In this document: positions 48,595 to 57,467 of the stretch, one piece after another
How positions within the stretch are numbered: position 1 is the first letter of the stretch
Layout of the letters: every line of letters starts with the position of its first letter
Source of the DNA: a candidate division FCPU426 bacterium
GTDB lineage: Bacteria > Oederibacteriota > Muellerivitia > Muellerivitales > Muellerivitaceae
Assembly (NCBI GenBank): GCA_963738405.1
Contig: CAVTWJ010000002.1
Location: forward strand, 64,001 to 128,000
Direction: 5' to 3'
Length of the DNA: 64,000 bases
The notes under the pieces: generated by a model
What the model saw: the letters and a program-made list of their open reading frames with translations, nothing else
Database searches by the model: none
Told to the model about the DNA's origin: nothing
Translations under genes and position numbers: made by a program

Positions 48595-49683
48595 ATGAAA
48601 GAATTGAATACCAACATCCCCTGGCGAGCCCTCACCCTACTAGGTGCGCTCCTTCTAATCTGGATCATCTTCACCGCCACGACCGGCGGCACCTTCGTCA
48701 CGCCCCGAAACCTTTCCCTGCTTCTGCGGCAAATGTCCGTCACATCCATCCTGGCCATCGGCATGGTTTTGGTTATCGTCTGCGCTGAAATCGACCTGTC
48801 GGTCGGGGCCATGACCGGCTTTTTAGGGGCCCTCTCGGCCATTCTATTCGTTAACCACAACTGGCCCCTCTGGAGCGTCTTCCTTACCACCATTGTGGCC
48901 GGGGCCTTGTTGGGGCACCTGCAAGGACATATCGTCACCTGGTTCAAGATGCCCTCTTTCATTGTCACCCTGGGCGGCATGCTCATCTACCAAGGAAGCC
49001 TTTTGGGCCTGACCGGCGGCGTCGCCATCAGCCCCACCCCGGATTATCTCTTCGTAGGCCAGGCCTTTTTGCCCAAAACCATGGGCTGGACCTTGGCGGC
49101 GGTTTTAGCCCTTATTCTTTGCTACCAAGGCTTTCGGGCCCAAACAGGCCGGTGGAAATCCCTCGTTTTGGCCGTTCTCGCCCTGGGTATCACGGCGGTT
49201 TTAAGCGCCTATGACGGGGTGCCGGTTCCGGTCTTGATCATGCTGGTTTTGGCGGCGGTCTTTTCCATCCTGGCTTCTCAGACCCCCTTCGGACGCCACC
49301 TTTACGCCATCGGCGGCAACCGTGAGGCGGCCTTTTATTCGGGCATCAACATACAACGGCACCTGATTCTGGTTTTTACCCTTATGGGCGCCTTGTGCGG
49401 TGTGGCGGGCATTGTGCTGACCGCCCGGGTGGGCGCGGCCACATCGGACGCGGGACGCATGATGGAACTGGACGCCATCGCGGCCACGGTGATCGGCGGA
49501 ACATCGCTGATGGGCGGGCGGGGCACGGTTTGGGGCGCGCTTTTGGGGGCGTTGATGATGGCTTCGATTGATAACGGCATGAGCCTGATGAACACCGAAT
49601 CCTTCTGGCAGCCGATCATCAAAGGAAGCATTTTAATTACGGCAGTAGCGTTGGATATGATGGGAAGGAAAGGCAAAAACTAA
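48595..49683 (+). CDS. xylH: Monosaccharide (xylose) ABC transporter permease
   Basis: EIDLSVG, PSFIVTLGG, FGRHLYAIGGN, ELDAIAATVIGGTSL. Confidence 0.88.
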   Translation: MKELNTNIPWRALTLLGALLLIWIIFTATTGGTFVTPRNLSLLLRQMSVTSILAIGMVLVIVCAEIDLSVGAMTGFLGALSAILFVNHNWPLWSVFLTTIVAGALLGHLQGHIVTWFKMPSFIVTLGGMLIYQGSLLGLTGGVAISPTPDYLFVGQAFLPKTMGWTLAAVLALILCYQGFRAQTGRWKSLVLAVLALGITAVLSAYDGVPVPVLIMLVLAAVFSILASQTPFGRHLYAIGGNREAAFYSGINIQRHLILVFTLMGALCGVAGIVLTARVGAATSDAGRMMELDAIAATVIGGTSLMGGRGTVWGALLGALMMASIDNGMSLMNTESFWQPIIKGSILITAVALDMMGRKGKN

Positions 49684-49698
49684 AGGCAACGGCCCATT

Positions 49699-49943
49699 AA
49701 CCACCAAGACACCAAGGCACCAAGAACGACGAAAAGTGGAATAGGAAAACAGCAAAAACTAAAAGCAAAAGCCATTAATCACTAAGAACTACGAAAAGCA
49801 GAACTGGGAAGCAGCAAAAACTGAAAAGCAAAGGCAGGTTTACCACCAAGACACAAAGACACCAAGGAAAGAAAATTAGAATTTAGGTTTTACAATCTTT
49901 AAGCCCTTTTTCAGTTCTTGGTGACTTGGTGTCTTGGTGGTGA
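49699..49943. repeat. CACCAAG-family composite element (two forward arms, one reverse arm, internal ~50-bp imperfect duplication)
   Basis: Forward arms at 49699 and 49840, reverse arm at 49917-49943. Confidence 0.8.
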
Positions 49944-49980
49944 AAATTTTTTGTGGTTTTAATTTTGATAAGGAGCTGTC

Positions 49981-52356
49981 ATGAAAGAACTTACCAATCC
50001 AATCCTGAACCATCCGGTCGATATCAGCCGGGAGTTTTCGAACATGGAAAACACCATGTTTTTGCCGGAAAAATTGGAGCGGTTCAATCCCGCCAAGGCG
50101 GAAGGCGAAATTTCCTACGGGCGCTACGCCTACAAGGTGCGCATGGCCTTCAACCAGGAAGGCATCAACCTGATCACCAACCCGCCCTGGGAATTCCCCA
50201 ACGAATACGGAAACGAAAAAGAGCCCTACCCCTTCTCCATTTCCTTCCACGGGGACCGGACCCTGCGCCTGCGCATGCACGGCCGCACCTACCCCAAAAA
50301 AGCCGAACCTTCACTCATGCTCAAAAGCGAACCCAAGGCCACCAGCCCCTGGAAGGTCACCGAGAACACCCTTTTCTCACCACCAAGACACCAAGGCACC
50401 AAGAAAGGCACAAAGTCGGATTCAAACAAAACCGTTAAAGGCAGAATCGTATACCAAGGCAAATATGGCTCAGTCACCATCAAGGAAAACCCTTGGGCCA
50501 TCGAGATCCACGACGCATCGGGAAAGCTTTTAACCAAAACCATCCACCTGAAAGACAACGAGAGCCTGCGCAATACCGACCCCCTGCCCTTTTGCTTTAT
50601 GCGCCCCACCCCCGAGTACGGACGCCGTTTCGCGGCCACCTTCAGCCTAGCCAACGGTGAGAAAATATACGGATGCGGCGAATCTTTCACACGCCTCAAC
50701 AAGCGCGGGCAAAAGGTGGTGCTTTGGAGCTACGACTGCCACGGGGTTCAGCATGACGGCATGTACAAACCCGTTCCCTTCTTCATGAGCGACCGGGGCT
50801 ACGGCATGTTTCTGCATACCACCGCGCCCGCCACCTTCGATTTCGGCCATGCCTACAACGAAACCACCACCCTCTTCACCGGGGACGAGGACTTGGACCT
50901 CTTTATCTTCTTGGGCAGTCCTAAGGAAGTTCTTTCCGAATACACCACCTTAACTGGACGGAGCCCTTTGCCCCCTCTCTGGAGCTTCGGGCTTTGGATG
51001 AGCAAGTGCACCTACAAGAGCGAAAAGGAAGCCAGGGACGTGGCGAAGAAACTGCGAAGCCACAAGATTCCATCCGACGTGATTCATTTGGATACGGGCT
51101 GGTTCGAGGAAGACTGGCGTTGTGACTACAAGTTTTCCAAGACTCGGTTCAAGAACCCTCTCAAGATGATCAAAGACCTGGCCAAACAGGGCTTCAAGAT
51201 CAGCCTTTGGCAATTGAGCTACTTCAACCCCAAGAACCGGCTGTTCCCCGAGATCTTAAAAGAAGGCTTGGCGGTGACCGACGGCAAGGGAGGATTGCCC
51301 ACCGAGGACGCCACCCTGGATTTCAGCAACCCCAAGACCGTGAAGTGGTATCAAAAGAACCTGGCCGGGCTGTTGAAGATGGGCGTGGGCGCCATCAAGG
51401 TGGATTTTGGCGAAGGAGCCCCCCTGAAGGGCGTCTACCACTCGGGCAAGACAGGCTTTGCCGAGCATAACCTCTACCCGCTTCGCTACAACAAGGCCGC
51501 CGCTGAGGGTTCAACAGCGGTGAACGGCGAACACATCATCTGGGCCCGAAGCGCCTGGGCGGGAAGCCAGCGCTACCCCCTGCATTGGGGCGGCGACGCC
51601 GAGGACAGTTTTGGGGGGATGGCTTCCTCGTTACGGGGCGGGCTTTCCATAGGGCTTTCCGGCTTCAGCTTTTGGAGCCACGATATCGGCGGGTTTGTGA
51701 AGGGACCTTCCAAGGAACTTTACCGCCGTTGGACGCCCTTTGGCCTTTTGACCTCGCACAGCCGCTGCCACGGCATGTACCCCCGGGAACCCTGGGTTTA
51801 CGGGAAAGATTTTGAGGACGAGTTTCGCCTATCAGCTGAGATGAAATACAAGCTCATGCCCTATGTCTATGCCCAGGCGGTGAACAGCGCCAAAAGGGGC
51901 TTCCCGATGCTGCGCACCCTGTTTTTCGAGTACCCCGAAGACCCGACCAGCTGGCTGATTGAGGATGAGTACCTTTTCGGGTCGGACATCCTGGTGGCGC
52001 CCCTGCTGGAAAAGGTGAACGAACGGGATGTTTACCTGCCGCCCGGAACCTGGGTGGATTACCAAACCGGCTCTTCCTATAAGGGGGGGCAATGGCACCA
52101 AATTAATGCGGGGAAGATACCCTGCGTCATCCTGGTGAAGGGGGGCTCGGTGATACCCCACCTCAAACTCGCCCAATCGACCAAGGATATGGACTGGAGC
52201 CAGATTGAGCTAAAGGTCTACGGCTCGGCGGTGGAATCTAAGGGGTTATTGGCCCTGCCCAAGGACCAGGTTTTGAAGGAATTGGTGGTGGTTCGCCGGG
52301 GTAGCGGCTGGGAACTGGTAAAGGGGGCTATCCCGAAGGTGAAATTTAGCTTTTAA
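49981..52356 (+). CDS. Glycoside hydrolase family 31, probable alpha-xylosidase (YicI-like)
   Basis: YGCGESF, YKPVPFF, WSFGLWMS, IHLDTGWF, IKVDFGE (nucleophile), HWGGD, WSHDIGGF, SHSRCHG. Confidence 0.9.
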   Translation: MKELTNPILNHPVDISREFSNMENTMFLPEKLERFNPAKAEGEISYGRYAYKVRMAFNQEGINLITNPPWEFPNEYGNEKEPYPFSISFHGDRTLRLRMHGRTYPKKAEPSLMLKSEPKATSPWKVTENTLFSPPRHQGTKKGTKSDSNKTVKGRIVYQGKYGSVTIKENPWAIEIHDASGKLLTKTIHLKDNESLRNTDPLPFCFMRPTPEYGRRFAATFSLANGEKIYGCGESFTRLNKRGQKVVLWSYDCHGVQHDGMYKPVPFFMSDRGYGMFLHTTAPATFDFGHAYNETTTLFTGDEDLDLFIFLGSPKEVLSEYTTLTGRSPLPPLWSFGLWMSKCTYKSEKEARDVAKKLRSHKIPSDVIHLDTGWFEEDWRCDYKFSKTRFKNPLKMIKDLAKQGFKISLWQLSYFNPKNRLFPEILKEGLAVTDGKGGLPTEDATLDFSNPKTVKWYQKNLAGLLKMGVGAIKVDFGEGAPLKGVYHSGKTGFAEHNLYPLRYNKAAAEGSTAVNGEHIIWARSAWAGSQRYPLHWGGDAEDSFGGMASSLRGGLSIGLSGFSFWSHDIGGFVKGPSKELYRRWTPFGLLTSHSRCHGMYPREPWVYGKDFEDEFRLSAEMKYKLMPYVYAQAVNSAKRGFPMLRTLFFEYPEDPTSWLIEDEYLFGSDILVAPLLEKVNERDVYLPPGTWVDYQTGSSYKGGQWHQINAGKIPCVILVKGGSVIPHLKLAQSTKDMDWSQIELKVYGSAVESKGLLALPKDQVLKELVVVRRGSGWELVKGAIPKVKFSF

Positions 52357-52399
52357 GAACCTGAATTAAGGGTGTTGTTTACCAGATTTGGCGCTTTCG

Positions 52400-52640
52400 T
52401 TCACCGGATTACGTCGCTTGTTCACTGGAAATAGGTGGGCTTTTCACCGGAAAAAACTCTTCTTCACCGGAAACGTGGGTGCCGTTCACCGGAAAACACC
52501 ATTCTTCACCGGAAACGTGGGTGCCGTTCACCGGAAAACACCCTTCTTCACCGGAAATGGGGGCACCCTTCACCGGAAAACACCATTCTTCACCGGAAAC
52601 GGGGGCGCCCTTCACCGGAAATGGTTGTGCCTTCACTGGA
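52400..52640. repeat. Phased tandem array, 12 copies of TTCAC(C/T)GGA, alternating 22/20-bp units
   Basis: Units start at 52400, 52421, 52443, 52463, 52485, 52505, 52527, 52547, 52569, 52589, 52611, 52632. Confidence 0.95.
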
Positions 52641-52707
52641 TTGTAAAAAGAAGGACGAAAAAGGGTTTAAAACTGTCTAATCAACCGAAACCTTTAAGGG
52701 AGCTCAA

Positions 52708-54708
52708 ATGTCACCCAAATTCTCAAAGTTTAGCGGACTGGCTTTAGCCTTGATAACCCTGGCGGTGGGTTCGGCCCATGCCGGTCTGGAACTGCCCTGT
52801 CTCTTTGGGAACCACATGGTCTTCCAGGCGGGTAAACCTGCCGTGATTTGGGGCAAGGACAAGCCGGGCCAAAAGATCACTATTACGTTAGGGGACCAGA
52901 CCGGCTCGACCCGGGCTAATCTTTTGGGGCGATGGAAGGTTTCCCTGCCCCTCCCCGCCCCAGGCCCCGCCTTAGGGATGACCGTGACCGGTTCTTCCAC
53001 CAAGGTTTTCCAGGACATCTTGGTGGGCGAGGTATGGCTGGCTTCGGGCCAATCAAACATGGAATTCCGCATGGATCAAACCAATGACGCGGATAAGGCC
53101 ATTGCCCAGGCGAATGACGGCCAGATTCGACTGTTTCTTCAGAAACCCGTCATGTCCCCCAAACCCCTGGACTCCCCCGAAGGAATCTGGAAGGTCTGTT
53201 CCCCCGAAACAGTGAAGGATTTTTCGGCAGTAGCCTATTACTTCGGCAAGGGCCTGCGTGAAAAGCTGAAGGTTCCTGTGGGGCTTATCGCCACCAGTTG
53301 GGGCGGTTCCTACGCCGAGAGTTGGATTCCCGAGAAGGCGCTTCACAAGGGCGGCGCCTTCAAACCTGTCTGGGACCGATGGAACAAACTATCCTCAAAG
53401 GAAAAGGCTTCCTGGCAAAAGGGGCGCTTCCCCGTGAACCTGGCGGTGCGGAATCTGCGTTTCATTCCTACCAACTCGGGACAGGCGCCCCTGGCTCCTT
53501 TGAGCCAGGGACAACCAAATCCCGGGTCTCGGCTTGAGGCCTCGACCCAGGTGCCCCTAACCATCCAGGCTTTGAATGTCTCCGCACCCACAACAGCTAC
53601 CCTCCCTCCCGGAACCTGGAGTTGGAGCGTCAAGGTGGGTTCGGATGCCGCCGTGAAGATCTCTTCCCACATTCCCCGGATGACCGGAGAGTTCCTGACC
53701 GACGCTTGGGGTTTCATGACCACGTCGCTATCCGCCTCCTCAAAGGGACAAGACCTTTCGGCCTATCACGCGATTGAGTTTGAGACGAAGGGCGACGGGA
53801 AATACATCCTTTTCCTTTCCCAGCCTTCCATCACCGATTGGGACAATTACCGAACCCCTTCCGTTTTCCCGGTCACGAATCAATGGGTCAAGCACCGCAT
53901 TGAGTTCACCGACCTCAAGCAATCGGGATGGGGAAAGCCCCAGCCTTTTACGGCCGACGCCCTCTCCAACCTTTCCTTCGGGGTCGACCCCAAGCCCCTC
54001 ATCGAGATACCTTCCGCCCTCTATAACGGAATGATAAATCCCTTTGTTCCCTTTCCCCTTAAGGGTTTCCTTTGGTACCAGGGGGAGGCCAACACGGTTC
54101 ACGCAGATGAGTACGAAAAGCTTTTAAACACCCTCATCTCCAGTTGGGGACAGGCCTGGGGCGACCCCAACATGCCGTTCATTTTGGCCCAGCTTCCCAA
54201 CTACCTTCCAACCGCCGGGCAAGGCGGGGGATATTGGAGCGATATCCGTGAAATCCAACGCCGGGTGGCCCAACAGCCCCACCGTGCCATGGCGGTCTTG
54301 CTGGACCTGGGCGACTCCCACGACATTCACCCCAAAGACAAGGCCGACCCCGGATACCGCCTCTGCCAAGCGGCGTTGGAGACCGCCTACGGCAAGACCG
54401 ACACGGTCTTAAGCCCCCTCTTTGACCACGCGGTGGTGGAGAATGGAAAAGTTCGGGTTTATTTCTGGCAGGCGGATGAGGGGTTGGTCGGGAATGGGGA
54501 CATTTTAGTGGGGTTCGAGCTTGCGGGGGCCGACGGAAATTTTCAACCTGCCCATGCTAGGATCGACAAGGATACGGTTGTTGTTTGGAAAGAGGGCCTG
54601 ACCTCGCCAAGTGCAGTGCGATATGCCTGGGGCGACGACCCGGTCTTCAACCTTTTAGGAAAAAACGGGATGCCCGCTTCGCCGTTCAAGGCCGAGCTAA
54701 AACCTTAA
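52708..54708 (+). CDS. SASA-domain O-acetylesterase (sialate O-acetylesterase/CE20-like) with inserted CBM-like domain
   Basis: FGNHMVFQ, GEVWLASGQSNME, FSAVAYYF, WGGSYAESW, LYNGMI, WYQGEAN, DIHPKDK, VRYAW. Confidence 0.85.
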   Translation: MSPKFSKFSGLALALITLAVGSAHAGLELPCLFGNHMVFQAGKPAVIWGKDKPGQKITITLGDQTGSTRANLLGRWKVSLPLPAPGPALGMTVTGSSTKVFQDILVGEVWLASGQSNMEFRMDQTNDADKAIAQANDGQIRLFLQKPVMSPKPLDSPEGIWKVCSPETVKDFSAVAYYFGKGLREKLKVPVGLIATSWGGSYAESWIPEKALHKGGAFKPVWDRWNKLSSKEKASWQKGRFPVNLAVRNLRFIPTNSGQAPLAPLSQGQPNPGSRLEASTQVPLTIQALNVSAPTTATLPPGTWSWSVKVGSDAAVKISSHIPRMTGEFLTDAWGFMTTSLSASSKGQDLSAYHAIEFETKGDGKYILFLSQPSITDWDNYRTPSVFPVTNQWVKHRIEFTDLKQSGWGKPQPFTADALSNLSFGVDPKPLIEIPSALYNGMINPFVPFPLKGFLWYQGEANTVHADEYEKLLNTLISSWGQAWGDPNMPFILAQLPNYLPTAGQGGGYWSDIREIQRRVAQQPHRAMAVLLDLGDSHDIHPKDKADPGYRLCQAALETAYGKTDTVLSPLFDHAVVENGKVRVYFWQADEGLVGNGDILVGFELAGADGNFQPAHARIDKDTVVVWKEGLTSPSAVRYAWGDDPVFNLLGKNGMPASPFKAELKP

Positions 54709-54717
54709 AGCCAGAAT

Positions 54718-54749
54718 TTTCACCACTAAGACTCGAAGACTCCAAGAAC
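54718..54749. repeat. Degenerate single arm of the CACCAAG family
   Basis: TTTCACCACTAAGACTCGAAGACTCCAAGAAC. Confidence 0.55.
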
Positions 54750-54795
54750 ACCGAAAACCAATACCTATTAGGATTGTTTAAGTTATTTTCAGCTT

Positions 54796-55620
54796 TTACT
54801 GGTTGATCCGGTAGTTTGAGACCGTGAAGAGGATTTCGATGAAGGTCTTGGATACTTCCGGCACGAAGACCTTAATACTCAAGGTCTTGGGCATCCAATA
54901 CTTTCCCTGGACCCCGTAATCAATGACACAGGTCTGGCTCACCCCCGGGCCCGTTATGCGGAATCCCCGCAAAAGATACCCCTTCGCCGTATAGATGAAG
55001 GCAGGTTCGATGGTCGTTTTGTTCTTTCCGCTCACCGAAACAAGCTGCAGAAGCTTTCCCTTCTTATCGAAAAACCCCGTCATGCTGTCGCCCGAGGGGA
55101 TGGCTTGAAGCACCTGGAAGCCGTCAGCGGTCTGGATGAACTTGAGGTTGCCCTGGTTGATATCGGACGGGTCGTTCAAGGGCTCGACCCCCAGGGCTTT
55201 CCAGAAATCCAGGAAGCTCTTGAACGCAATCAAGGTCGTCAGGTTGAGGTTGGACACCCTCTCGTCAAATGCCCTGTCGCCCGTTCGGGCCGGGGCTCTT
55301 CCCAGGATGGAAATCGAAGCCCCGCTTACATCGACCACCGAATACCGAAAACCCTCCATCGCCTTCCAGAATTTCGGATCGTAGAGGTTCTGGGCCTTCA
55401 ACTGGGACGCGGTCTTAGCCGAGAGTGTGCAGGTCACATCACAGCTGTAGTCGTCGACCCCGGCCCGGGAGAGGCAGTAGTAATAACCGTTGAGCTTGGT
55501 GAGGAATTTGACGGTGGATAAACTTGTCTGAGCATGGGCCGAAACTCCCAGCACCGACCAGAGGGACAGCGCGAGCAAGAGCTTGGCGGGAGCTTTGATG
55601 GGTTTTAACGACTTAAACAT
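54796..55620 (-). CDS. Secreted hypothetical protein
   Basis: Signal peptide ending AHA; beta-rich C-terminus; no family recognised. Confidence 0.65.
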   Translation of the reverse strand: MFKSLKPIKAPAKLLLALSLWSVLGVSAHAQTSLSTVKFLTKLNGYYYCLSRAGVDDYSCDVTCTLSAKTASQLKAQNLYDPKFWKAMEGFRYSVVDVSGASISILGRAPARTGDRAFDERVSNLNLTTLIAFKSFLDFWKALGVEPLNDPSDINQGNLKFIQTADGFQVLQAIPSGDSMTGFFDKKGKLLQLVSVSGKNKTTIEPAFIYTAKGYLLRGFRITGPGVSQTCVIDYGVQGKYWMPKTLSIKVFVPEVSKTFIEILFTVSNYRINQ

Positions 55621-55627
55621 AAAACAT

Positions 55628-55727
55628 TTCACCACCAAGACACAAAGACACCAAGAACACCGAGAAGCATAGATTTCGTAGCTTCAAATCTATTGTTTCC
55701 CTTGGTGACTTGGTGCCTTCGTGGTAA
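55628..55727. repeat. CACCAAG-family palindromic element
   Basis: Forward arm 55628-55655, reverse arm 55701-55727. Confidence 0.8.
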
Positions 55728-55776
55728 TTATCGGTTTTGTTGTATGTTCCGAGAGATTCGCGCAATCCGTTGTTCC

Positions 55777-57219
55777 TTACCGGGTTTTCCACCGGTTGGC
55801 ATCATAACGGATGCGGGCTTGAGGAATACAGGCCAGCTTGGCAACAACTTGAGCGGCTCCCGCAGGGTTTATGCCTGATTCGGGGGGCGCGAAGAGGCGG
55901 ATGGGAAAGGGTTTGGCGGTTCCCCATTCGACCGCGGCTTGGGTGACATCCACCCATTCCACACCCGGCTTCTTATAGAACCATTTCTTCCCGGCTCCGA
56001 TGAGCAGATTGGCCTTCTTATCTAACAACAATTCCAGGAATACCGGCTTCTTCTTTAAAGAAACCTTCCAACCCAAACCGTCCGAGTCATCTGAGGCCCG
56101 CCATTCAGTCTTAAGGGCTCCCCTCAAGCGGCTCCAGTTTTCTTTAGGTTGGAAATAGGGGTTTAGGATCAGCTCCCGGTATTCCGAAAGGTAGGACGTG
56201 GGCAGACCATTGCGGGAATTATTGGGGTCTTCCCTTTCCAATCCCAGCCTTCCCCGGTCACGGAATTGGTAATAGGTGATGCCCCTTAGAAAATCCGGTT
56301 TGTGTTTCAACACCAGCCCAAAAAACTGCCGGACCAATTGGCTTTGGAGTTCCTCACCACCCACGTTTCCGTCCGCGTTGAATTCGCCGATTTCCAAACC
56401 CTTATCTTCACCCGTGAGCTGGCAAAACCTGCGGTGGGTGGCTTGGAGCTGGCTCCAGATCGTTGAAACCGTCTGAATGGTATAGGTCTTTTTCAAACCG
56501 CCCGGTTCGCACGGCTTTCGCGGCCAGGCATAGTGAAGACTAACGTACTTGTCCGTGGACCAAATATCCGCCGCGCCCAGGATCGGAAACAACTTCTTTT
56601 CGAACCTTAACCCGCCCTTTTTAGAATTGACCCAATGACCCCAACAGGACATCAATTGGACGTTGGGAGCCTCATTTTTAAGGACACTTGCGAAGCGGAC
56701 AAAAAAGGCGGCGACCTGGGCGTAGCTGTACCGGCGGTTAAAGGCGAACCAGAACCCATCGCACTCGTGGTTCAAGCGAAGGCGCAATCGGCCAAAGGGC
56801 TTTAATTGACGGGCGATGACACGGATATGGTCGTCAGGAACCGCGCAGTCCATGGTCAGGGTCAGGGTGACATCCTGTCCGTGGCGGCGGATCTCCCGCA
56901 TTTGTTCGAACACCGGCCCGGCGGTATTGCCTTTGGGGCCCCCGCTAAAGGGAAAGTAATCGTCGTATGGATAGGGCCAGTCCCGGTCGCCTTTGGGTTT
57001 GTGGGCCACTGATGCCCGAAGGGGCCATCCCTTGTCGAAGGGATAGTAGCAATACATGAGGTTGATAGAGCGGTGGGGGCGGCCCAAAGAAGCCAGGATA
57101 TAGTCCTGGTCCACATATTCGCCCCGCTCGCTCCCATCCCCCAGGTCCAGGGAACAGGAAGCGGGTGAAAGGATGACCCGGTAGGGTTGGGTGAGGGTTT
57201 GGAGGCCGATTACTTTCAT
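55777..57219 (-). CDS. Cytoplasmic hypothetical protein with GH26-like (clan GH-A) motifs
   Basis: LRLRLNHECDGFWF resembles the GH26 RxxHExxGxWF acid/base motif; EIGEFN is a candidate nucleophile; no signal peptide. Confidence 0.55.
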   Translation of the reverse strand: MKVIGLQTLTQPYRVILSPASCSLDLGDGSERGEYVDQDYILASLGRPHRSINLMYCYYPFDKGWPLRASVAHKPKGDRDWPYPYDDYFPFSGGPKGNTAGPVFEQMREIRRHGQDVTLTLTMDCAVPDDHIRVIARQLKPFGRLRLRLNHECDGFWFAFNRRYSYAQVAAFFVRFASVLKNEAPNVQLMSCWGHWVNSKKGGLRFEKKLFPILGAADIWSTDKYVSLHYAWPRKPCEPGGLKKTYTIQTVSTIWSQLQATHRRFCQLTGEDKGLEIGEFNADGNVGGEELQSQLVRQFFGLVLKHKPDFLRGITYYQFRDRGRLGLEREDPNNSRNGLPTSYLSEYRELILNPYFQPKENWSRLRGALKTEWRASDDSDGLGWKVSLKKKPVFLELLLDKKANLLIGAGKKWFYKKPGVEWVDVTQAAVEWGTAKPFPIRLFAPPESGINPAGAAQVVAKLACIPQARIRYDANRWKTR

Positions 57220-57356
57220 TTTTCATCCTTAAAGAAATCAATTCAGCCACAGATACATGGGATTCATAGGATAGGCAAAAAGCCTTTAAAGATTCTAAAA
57301 AATCACAACTACAAACACACAAATTCCAAACCTTAAAACCTCTAACAAAAACCATT

Positions 57357-57448
57357 TTCACCACCAAGACACCAAGTCACCAAGAAATGATTTCGATTTA
57401 AACCCTAAAATTTTGCCGTTCTTGGCGTCTTGGTGCCTTGGTGGTGAA
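57357..57448. repeat. CACCAAG-family palindromic element
   Basis: Forward arm 57357-57384, reverse arm 57421-57448. Confidence 0.85.
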
Positions 57449-57467
57449 TAATTAGATTTTCCTCTTC

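Noticed and set aside
52400..52640. CRISPR or TIGR-type guide array
   Set aside because: The repeat core is only 8-11 nt, the variable parts recur almost identically rather than being unique spacers, and no cas or Nop-domain gene is in the window
52388..52747. ORFs spanning the array (52388..52747 +, 52435..52680 +, 52409..52636 -)
   Set aside because: Open frames are expected from a 42-bp stop-free repeat; no convincing RBS, so not called as CDS
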